Positions 26,963-35,400 of a DNA stretch of 64,000 nt are shown here, one piece after another. The DNA lies in the sequence record OR413581.1; one strand, written 5' to 3'. A program made the position numbers and the translations under genes. How positions within the stretch are numbered: the stretch's first letter is position 1; each line of letters begins with the position of its first letter. Under the pieces are notes generated by a model. The model was not told where the DNA came from. It did not search any database and saw only the letters and a list, made by a program, of their open reading frames with translations.

Positions 26963-28253
26963 TCTGGGCTCCGTTTTGTAATTTTTCTGCTTCAGCACGT
27001 TGGCGTACACAACGTGAACAATAGCACATGGATTTATCATGCAAATCTGATGCGCGAGTCGTACCAGTTTTCTGATACCAATATTCCGCCGCCATCAGCT
27101 TCGCAGTAGTCCAACCACACTGACGACGCTCGGCGTGATACGCTTTACGGTCTTCCAGTGTACCTTCACCGTTTTCGTACGATGCTGCTGCGCAGCTACC
27201 GCAGCTGTGTTTCATCGGACACCCTAAACAGGTTTCTGGGTAGTTGGTGTACTGCGTTTGAATCTCTTCTAACAGCTTACCACCGTCCAGGCTCACAAAC
27301 TCACGACCGACCAGTTCCGCTACAGCAGAGCGGGAAGTTACCGTGGACATGAAACGGTTACAACCGTAAATCTTGCGATCAAAGCCGAGACAGGTCATGT
27401 GTGTCAACGTACCGCAGTACGGTTTCAGGCGTTCTGGGTCGAGACGAACAGAGTCGTCATGTAAGAGTTTGTCACGCCAATCCGGGTCCCAAGTTGCCAT
27501 AAAGTTCAGGCCATCCGGGATGATGTGTGTAATCGTGTTACGCGGGTTGGTGTGCAGACCCTTCTCAATCCAGTAGTCCATCACGTCCATCATCTGGTTC
27601 GCGATATCCAACGCCATATGGCGCGGCAGGATATCTTCGTACGTTACGTTACCAGAGATGGTACCACCGCCGGACATGTCAATTAACGATTTCATGCTGG
27701 CGGCATAGTGCGGCAATGTATCGATCGTAAACGTCGCCTTTACGCCCAGCTCAGCGATGCCAACACTCTTCAGATAATTGTAACCGCGTACCGCAGCTTC
27801 GTACGACCCTTCGCGCGTCGTGGTAAAGATACGATATTTGTCATGGACTTCAGGTAAACCATCGATGGAGACCCCAATAGACAGTTTGTCTTTCCAGCGC
27901 TCGATAATTTCTTTGTTCAGCGGACGGTCCAGAAGCGTACCGTTCGTGGAGATACTGAACATATACGGGCGATTGTGTTCTGCGCATAACTTCTCTGCGG
28001 TTTCAAAGGCCGCCAAAAGAAGTTTAGGCTGCATGAACGGCTCACCACCGATGATATCGATGATGACTTCAACATTCGGGATATCTTTATCACGCTCGAA
28101 ACAAGCGTGGATAAAATCAATCACGTCTGCTACTTTGTTGTTACGCGGATATTTACGCTCGTAGCAGTATTCGCAGTCCAGGTTACATGACAGGTTAGTC
28201 ACAACCTGATACGTGCGTGGTGTGTACTGGATTTGCTGTTCGCTATTACTCAT
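26925..28253 (-). CDS. radical SAM/SPASM peptide maturase, CXXX-repeat-target type
   Basis: CNLDCEYC, IIGGEPF, ISTNGT, SIDG..HD..R; SPASM cysteines YCG..C..GCNRF..CLGC..CGSC..C. Confidence 0.9.
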   Translation of the reverse strand: MSNSEQQIQYTPRTYQVVTNLSCNLDCEYCYERKYPRNNKVADVIDFIHACFERDKDIPNVEVIIDIIGGEPFMQPKLLLAAFETAEKLCAEHNRPYMFSISTNGTLLDRPLNKEIIERWKDKLSIGVSIDGLPEVHDKYRIFTTTREGSYEAAVRGYNYLKSVGIAELGVKATFTIDTLPHYAASMKSLIDMSGGGTISGNVTYEDILPRHMALDIANQMMDVMDYWIEKGLHTNPRNTITHIIPDGLNFMATWDPDWRDKLLHDDSVRLDPERLKPYCGTLTHMTCLGFDRKIYGCNRFMSTVTSRSAVAELVGREFVSLDGGKLLEEIQTQYTNYPETCLGCPMKHSCGSCAAASYENGEGTLEDRKAYHAERRQCGWTTAKLMAAEYWYQKTGTTRASDLHDKSMCYCSRCVRQRAEAEKLQNGAQNEVNTDSQFYEA

Positions 28254-29196
28254 TGTTCGCCGCCCGTTTACGCTTAGCAGAAATTACACGGTTGATGTAG
28301 TTATACGCATCAACGCCGATAGAACGCGCCAGGCGATTACAGCCGACTTCCAATATCTCTGGGGCGTTCTGAATTTGCTCCTGCGTACCGTCGGCGTTAA
28401 GCCACAGCACTTCACTGCACGTGTTGCACTCGGTATCGAACATTTTACTGATCGCGAGCCCACATTCAGAATCGTTCTGCATGTTAAGGCGTTCGATATT
28501 GTCGAGTATTTTCCAATACCCGTACATGAAGTTCATGACGTGGTCTGGCGATAACGGTTTCGGCATCATCGCATCAAACAACAACGACACACCACCTGGA
28601 CGGTAATGATAGATTGCTCGGTGCAGCTCGATGAAATCTTCGTACCAGCGTTTATCGCCTAACTGGTCACGCGTCATCACACCCCAGGTGTAATAGTTGT
28701 CCAGCTCGTACAGCACTTCCAGCGCTTCGTGATTACCACCGTTTACAAAGTTCATAAACGGACGTTCCGACTTCTTGTAGCCGTCAATGGACACAAAGAT
28801 AAGGTCGAACTGTTTCAGCAACGGCAGATGTGATTTACGCATCTTTAAACCGTTGGTGTACATGTGATGACGGAGGTTCGGATGAGACTCCTTCAGCTCG
28901 TTCACGAAGTCTTCAATCTTACGCTGCGCTAACAGCGGCTCACCGCCCGTCCAATGAATCTCACCGATATCCGGATTCTTCTCTAAAATCGAGAGAATCT
29001 CTTCACGTTGAAACTCACGAGAAGTATCTTCTCTATCCATGTAATAAGCCCCTCCACAGAAGCTACAGTCTAAGTTACACTTAGAAGTTGCGACAACCGA
29101 CAGAATTGACGGTTTGTCGTACAGTTCAGACGAGATCCTGGATTCTACTTGATCTGTCATTGCAGGTTGCTCCAGTATATTTTTAAATATAATCAA
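28246..29196 (-). CDS. second radical SAM protein
   Basis: CNLDCSFC, WTGGEPLL, YTNG, VSIDG; short C-terminal CNTC...C. Confidence 0.85.
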   Translation of the reverse strand: MIIFKNILEQPAMTDQVESRISSELYDKPSILSVVATSKCNLDCSFCGGAYYMDREDTSREFQREEILSILEKNPDIGEIHWTGGEPLLAQRKIEDFVNELKESHPNLRHHMYTNGLKMRKSHLPLLKQFDLIFVSIDGYKKSERPFMNFVNGGNHEALEVLYELDNYYTWGVMTRDQLGDKRWYEDFIELHRAIYHYRPGGVSLLFDAMMPKPLSPDHVMNFMYGYWKILDNIERLNMQNDSECGLAISKMFDTECNTCSEVLWLNADGTQEQIQNAPEILEVGCNRLARSIGVDAYNYINRVISAKRKRAANNE

Positions 29197-30070
29197 TGGC
29201 GAATAAAGGATCTTCGTCTACGTTAGCGCCAGGCACCAGTAACATCGGGTCGTGATAGGCAGCTAAAATTTTGTTCAGGTCGGCGTGTCTTTCGTTCAGA
29301 CGTTTCAAATCGGCCAACGTTACCGAACGACCACGAATCTCAGAAACAGCTTCTGCTTCTTCTTTCGTTAAATCCACCTTCGTTAAGAGGAAACTTACCA
29401 GCTTACTCAAATCCGCTTCTGTCGCCGGGTAATCCCCATATCGAGTTTGAACCAGGTGTTGCATCCACGGCTTACGAATACGTTTGGTGATTTCAAAATC
29501 GTCAGTCAGCGCATGCCAGACAGAACGCTTTTTATCCCACACGAACTTATAGCTATACGCCATCATGTCCGCTAAACGGGTGATGCCGAGTTCTTTATAC
29601 CCCTCGATATCGATGTATGGTTCGGTGTCGAAATACGTTTCCGTATCGGCAGGTACCAGTACAAAGTAGTAAGGGAAAGAGCCCAGATAGTCCGGACTCC
29701 ACCAACGGCGCGCCATTGGTTTTGCTTCAAGTTCGTCAAACGGTGTAAACATCAGCTCTAAATCGACGCTGTTGTTCAAAATCCCTTCACTGAAGAAATA
29801 CTTACCGTCGACTAACACGCCACGAGAGTTACCATCACCGTTAAAGATAACGATGGCCTCTGCAACCATATCACGGATCTTAAACGTATTTTCTACGGTG
29901 TAGTTCTTCTTGTCGGTCAAGAAGCGACCACGAACCTTTGGCCACTCACCAGGAATCTGTGCAATCAGTCTGACTTTGTCAGCGAGGTGTGCACGCACTG
30001 AATCTGGGGATGATAGATGCAGCGGGTGGTTGAATGTGGTTTTATACGCAAGATGCAAATCGTTTTTCAT
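29183..30070 (-). CDS. hypothetical protein in the radical SAM cluster, 295 aa
   Basis: GGAG RBS; overlaps the rSAM start by 14 nt. Confidence 0.8.
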   Translation of the reverse strand: MKNDLHLAYKTTFNHPLHLSSPDSVRAHLADKVRLIAQIPGEWPKVRGRFLTDKKNYTVENTFKIRDMVAEAIVIFNGDGNSRGVLVDGKYFFSEGILNNSVDLELMFTPFDELEAKPMARRWWSPDYLGSFPYYFVLVPADTETYFDTEPYIDIEGYKELGITRLADMMAYSYKFVWDKKRSVWHALTDDFEITKRIRKPWMQHLVQTRYGDYPATEADLSKLVSFLLTKVDLTKEEAEAVSEIRGRSVTLADLKRLNERHADLNKILAAYHDPMLLVPGANVDEDPLFAIDYI

Positions 30071-30092
30071 TTAATACTCCGAACGTTTTCTG

Positions 30093-30299
30093 TTATCGAT
30101 TCCCCGCTCCACGGCTACAGCTTCCGCTGCAGGACCAGCTACACCCACCATTACAGTTATAGTGAGAAAGCGGTAAACCAGCCAGGTTGTTCGTGGTCGA
30201 CACGGTGCCCTGGTTAGCGATGTAGTTGTTTGCCTGTGCGGTTGTAATGTAACCTTCTACCGTAACGAGACGGTTTCGAATAGTCTTGAGACTGATCAC
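30093..30299 (-). CDS. Cys-repeat precursor peptide 3 (68 aa, 4 Cys)
   Basis: GGAGG RBS, GTG start; leader homologous to peptides 1 and 2; HYNCNGGCSWSCSGSC. Confidence 0.8.
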   Translation of the reverse strand: MISLKTIRNRLVTVEGYITTAQANNYIANQGTVSTTNNLAGLPLSHYNCNGGCSWSCSGSCSRGAGNR

Positions 30300-30314
30300 A
30301 TAAGCCTCCGTCAG

Positions 30315-30719
30315 TTAGGAGTTAGGACCTGAACAACCACCAGAGCACGCACCTGAGCAGTTTGCGGAGCAGGATTTACCACAACCCCCAGAACAGCTGC
30401 CTGTGCACGTGCCGCTACAACCACCAGAGCACGAAGAGCTACAGCCCGTGCAGCTGCTGCTACAGCCTGATACACAGTTTGCCGAGCAAGTCGACCCACA
30501 ACCACCTGTCGCAGACCCTGTGCAGCCGCCAGAGCAACTTGAGCAGCTAAAAGAACACGTACCACCACAGTCGTAGTGCGAACGACCTTGACCTGCGAAC
30601 AAGTCAGCGTTATTCGTAGCTTTATTGCGAATGTAGTTTTGCACATTCGTGGTATTCTTTAGAGCGTTTGCATCGATCGTGTTTAATCGGTTATTCAGTT
30701 CTTTTAATCCAATTGCCAT
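30315..30719 (-). CDS. Cys-repeat precursor peptide 2 (134 aa, 20 Cys)
   Basis: 50-aa leader then CxxxC repeats flanked by S/G/T/A. Confidence 0.9.
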   Translation of the reverse strand: MAIGLKELNNRLNTIDANALKNTTNVQNYIRNKATNNADLFAGQGRSHYDCGGTCSFSCSSCSGGCTGSATGGCGSTCSANCVSGCSSSCTGCSSSCSGGCSGTCTGSCSGGCGKSCSANCSGACSGGCSGPNS

Positions 30720-30729
30720 TTAATCCCCC

Positions 30730-31122
30730 TTAGCGACCTGAACAGCCGCCGGAGCAGGCCCCGGAACAACTGGAAGAACATGAGCCACCGCAACCACCTG
30801 TGCAGTTACCGGTACAGCTACTACTGCAACCACCAGAACAACCAGAGCAACCAGAACAGTTACCGCCACACGTCGAAGAACAGCTACCGATACAAGAAGC
30901 AGAACAGCTTCCTGAACAGCTCGAACAGCCGTGCGAGCAACCGTTAGAGCATGTCCAAGAACATGTCCCGCCGCAATCTAGCTGTGCTTTCGTCCAACCC
31001 CCAAATCGGTCTGCCGCATTATGGGCTTTAGAGGCCACTTGCGCCTCGATGCGGGGGCCTGTCGCCATGTTAGCTTCGACTATCTGGACGCGGTTTCTGA
31101 CGTCTTTAATAGATATCGCCAT
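30730..31122 (-). CDS. Cys-repeat precursor peptide 1 (130 aa, 21 Cys)
   Basis: AAGGA RBS; 49-aa leader then CxxxC repeats. Confidence 0.9.
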   Translation of the reverse strand: MAISIKDVRNRVQIVEANMATGPRIEAQVASKAHNAADRFGGWTKAQLDCGGTCSWTCSNGCSHGCSSCSGSCSASCIGSCSSTCGGNCSGCSGCSGGCSSSCTGNCTGGCGGSCSSSCSGACSGGCSGR

Positions 31123-31187
31123 TACGCTTCCTTAAAAAGTAGAACGAGCGGACTATGTCCATAAACATAGTCCGGCTCGTAAACAAG

Positions 31188-32390
31188 TTACTTAGTACCC
31201 GCTTCAGCTTGAACATCGTCGCGCGAGGTGAGGTTGTTGTTGACGTGAACAGCAGCCTGCACAACACCGCCATACTGTTTATGGAGGTAATTCGGGTGTG
31301 GGTTATCCGCAGCCGCATGGTTCGCCAGATTCTGGTTTGCCTGCGAAATTGCGTTGGTGTTGTTTATAACCTGAGTTTTAAGACTGTTGATTTGTCCTTG
31401 CAGGTTATCAATTTGCTGTTGGAAGTCCTTGCCCTGATTCTCAAGATCCGTGACGCGCTGATTTGTTTCATTCAGTGCAGACTGCAGATCGTTAACCATC
31501 TTCTGTAATTGCAACACCAGAGAATTAAGGTTAGCTAATGCTAACGACATTTTCTGGTAATTTTGAGCAACCACATTAAGCTGGTCGTTCCACGCGGCTA
31601 ACGAAGCCACAATTGCATCGATGCGTTTCCCCAACGCCGTGTCTGCTGCTCTTAAGTCGCCGATATCTTTGATAGTGGCGTCAATGGCAGTCTGTACACT
31701 TTGAATCAGAGCACGAATCTCCGTCTCCGTCAGGCCATTAACCTGATGAATGTCGAGATTGTGTACGTTACCTTCGGCGTTGATGTGGGTATTTAAGGCG
31801 TCGAGGAAGTCGTTTTTCAGACCGTCCAGAATACCTTTAATTTCTTCCAGCTGTACTGCAGAGCCGGAGTTAATCGCATCTTTAATCCCCGCGAGTACGG
31901 TAATGATATACTCAAAACCGTAGATATCGCCAAGGTCTTTATACGTCGGGGCGGACGGGAACGTATCGGGTACGTTTCGAAGATCCTTGAAGTCCACCAC
32001 ACGGTCTTCAATTTTCAACGACGCAATCGCTTGTCGGATGCCTTCGACGTTCGCAGACTGAAAACCACCAACGACTTGCGCAGAGACTTCGATATCAGTA
32101 GGAATGGCCGAGTTAGTTACCACCACACCCATGACCACTTCGCGGTTCTTGGTCATTTTCTGATATGCAGTATGTGCAAAAATCAGCTCGTAGTCTGTAC
32201 CACGTTTGTACGGGTAGACACCCGGTTTGTTCGCAGCCGCTAAGCGGAAAGTATCCGCGTAGAAAGCTCCGTCAGGAAATGCAAAAGCCCGGTTAACTTT
32301 ACCAGAACCTAACGTAATACGCCGCGTAACGGCGTTCGACGTTAATGTCCCGGTAAGGTCGAGCGGGTACTGATAAATGATTTCGGCCAT
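31188..32390 (-). CDS. tail-fibre-family protein with long C-terminal coiled coil
   Basis: AAGGAG RBS before ATG 32390; YQYPLDLTG, AFY..L..G.DY N-domain shared with upstream giants; heptads; HAAADNPH motif. Confidence 0.8.
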   Translation of the reverse strand: MAEIIYQYPLDLTGTLTSNAVTRRITLGSGKVNRAFAFPDGAFYADTFRLAAANKPGVYPYKRGTDYELIFAHTAYQKMTKNREVVMGVVVTNSAIPTDIEVSAQVVGGFQSANVEGIRQAIASLKIEDRVVDFKDLRNVPDTFPSAPTYKDLGDIYGFEYIITVLAGIKDAINSGSAVQLEEIKGILDGLKNDFLDALNTHINAEGNVHNLDIHQVNGLTETEIRALIQSVQTAIDATIKDIGDLRAADTALGKRIDAIVASLAAWNDQLNVVAQNYQKMSLALANLNSLVLQLQKMVNDLQSALNETNQRVTDLENQGKDFQQQIDNLQGQINSLKTQVINNTNAISQANQNLANHAAADNPHPNYLHKQYGGVVQAAVHVNNNLTSRDDVQAEAGTK

Positions 32391-32437
32391 TGCCAAACTC
32401 CTTTGATTGGGGCTTCCTTGCCCCATAGCGCTATCTG

Positions 32438-35400
32438 TTAGGTACGGAACATAAGATTGACCTGGATAACATTAGCCTGTTGCCATCCTCTCTCGTTCAC
32501 CCAATCGTGCGCAATCGTTAACGTAAGATCATCGCCATCCCACGCCACGATCGGTGGTGGGAATAAACCCTGAGCGCCCGTGGTAACAACCGGAATTGCA
32601 CCCGCCACATCCACAAACGTGTAGCTACGGCTGTTAAAAACAACTGGTGTGCCGTTGGTCTCTCCCGCCGCTGGTAAGATTTGAATCTTACTATCCGAAA
32701 GATCGGTGGTGATTGGTAGACCCCCAGCGTCCGTGAAAAGCCAAGAGCAAATATGCTGGTTAGCTGTTTCGAGCGCTGAAGAACTTACCGCCGCGACAAA
32801 TGTAAAGGTGCACGGCACGCCTGCTGGCAGAGAGTGCTGTTTGTGGTGCACGGTATGTGGTGACGGCAATAACACTTCTGGATTTTCGTCAATGTTAACA
32901 TCCGTACCTTCCGCCTCGACGTTGTAGAAAAAGCCATCCACAGCCTCCCATGGGGCAACGTGGACATTAAAGGTCGTTTCTACTCCCGGTGTACCTGGGA
33001 CGACGAATTTACTTTGCACCACCACCATCAGGTTTGTTGAGGTCGGAGAGAAAGCAGGCGTAGGGATACCTACCCACTCCATTCCCAACGATGCCGCTTC
33101 ACCGTTCTCATCGGCCGTTACCGTCGCAATTGTTGTAGGATGTTTCCAAAACGCCCCCGACTTGTTTGCCTGAGTAAACGCCGGCAAAGTTTTCAAGCCT
33201 TCGAAACGTTTGGAGACCATCGCTTTACCGCGACGCTGTGCGTCAGATACGGTATAAAGCAACTGACTATCCAGATAGCCTTTCGTAGCATCGATCGACA
33301 AAGGACCCATCGCTTCTTTACGCAATGGTGCCAGTCTGCCCGTTGCTGCATCCCTTCCCACTTCCACATCATGCTTATTCTCAACCGCCGCATGTTCCAA
33401 CAGTTGTTTCACCGCCCCCAATCGCTTAGCATGTTCGACGTTAGTCTCGACGACTCGCGACGTGCCCGTTTTAACATACCCGATATAGAGTTCCGTTTCA
33501 GTGTCTGGATGTCGAATCACGTCCATTACGTACTTCGGTGTACCATTTTCTACCTTGGCGTACAGGTAGAATGTCCGGTTCTGATGGTTTGTTGGAAATG
33601 CTGCGCTGAGGTCAATATACCACGTAGGCAGCCTATAAGTGCTCGAGCCGAAACGCAGGTCAACTTCCTCAGTCACATATACCAGCCAACCTTCGGCTGT
33701 TTCCACACCAGCAATGACGACCGATTCAGTCGGGCCACTAAAATTAGGAGCCGCGACAAAATCACTCGACGACATTGCGATACCACCACAATAGACGTAG
33801 TCGAGAGATGAGTTGTGTAGCATCACCTGATCACGATGAGCCAGATAAGCTGGGCTGACTGGAGTGTGGGATGGTGCCATGCGTCCAATGCCGTGTGGAG
33901 CAGAAGAACGCGTCCAGGTACCGTTAGACAGCGTAAGACCAACACCGTAGTTAAGCGCACCCAAGTCGCCAATTTGGCGCAAGGTTAACGTGTGTGGAAG
34001 ATACAACCCGAACTGAGTACCATCTACTGACACCAGTGTAGGTTGTCCCGGCCGGCGTGTTTTTCCTCCCGTTATCTCGCCCAACGTAGCATAGTTCAAG
34101 CCATAGTCGAGGTTGTTATAGAAGTCAAACAGTGCCAATATCGCTGCTGGGAATGTTACCTGCCCGTTGCTGATTGTTGGTTTCAGTGTAAAGTAGTAGA
34201 TATCCAACAAGTTAACATTGTTCACAGTACGCGTACATGCTACTTGTGCTAATGTAAGCGGCGTGGCTGTACCGATACCGATGAACCAAACGGAGAACAG
34301 TGCCTTTCCTGCGTTATTTGCGGCAAGAATATATTCCGAAGCATAACCATTCGCAGCGCCTGCCGGTGCTCCGTCGATGATCATCTGCTTCATCTTATCC
34401 CATTCAGCTTGTGACAGCGTCAATCGATCGGCATGAATCGTGAAAGTGCCGGAAACGTTGTGGTAAGGGAATGTTTCTGGTCCTGTGCAATACCAGCCGT
34501 TTAACTCTGTACCAGGCGACGTCGGTGTAACAATGTGGCACATCTGCGACAGATTCTCATACGTGAGAGAATCTACTAGACGACGATTGTTAGTTGGGCC
34601 ATACCCCGCCTTACCTGAGTAAGTGGTGTTCGGATCAAACTCAACTTCAATTGCCAAGCGGGTACGCGGCTGTGACAACCAGATAAGTCTGGAATTCGCT
34701 CCCAGAGTCAGCGGATACGCCATACCCAGCTCGTAGATAGAACCACGACCTTGGTTTAACATTACCGCACTAAAACTTCTGGCAGTGAAGTTGTAGTCGC
34801 ACGACAGGTACTCGTACCAACTCACACCGTCATCTAACGTTGTAATCGTGACATAAGGCATTAGGTCGCGATCGCCTGCATGTCCTTGCGAAACGATATA
34901 CTTGTCTTGCGATGTTGCAAAGGTTCGGTTATTAGCTTGACCTTCGCCCCATTTCCGGCTCGGAATCCCAATCTCAGCGCCACCGTTATAACGAACCGTG
35001 GTAAGATCGGCCACAATAGGGAATCGATCAGCACCTTCCAGCGTTATCGTCATTGAACTACAATCAACAACAAAGCTTGACACCCATTGTTTAAAGTTAA
35101 TAGTTTGCCCTGTAGTAGAAGCAAACCAAACCGTTGGAGTTAAACCAACACGAAAGTTCAGCCCATCCACACCAATCGCGTGATTACATTCCGGACCATG
35201 GACGAAATTTCGCGCACTATTCCACTTCGCCGATGCGTCTGCGTAGATTTGTGTTACTGGCGCTACCAACACATCTGTATCAGAACGTTTCTGACCCTGA
35301 CGCAAGTAGATATTATCTCCCGACGTTAACATCCCACCTGTTAACACATCCGCCACAAACGTGTTGCTACCACCCGGATTAAGTTCGTCGAGTGCGATGC

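Noticed and set aside
30311-31135. Alternative ORFs 30311-30646 (-) and 30800-31135 (+) with V/A- or EQP-repeats
   Set aside because: Frame and antisense by-products of the periodic Cys-Ser-Gly codons
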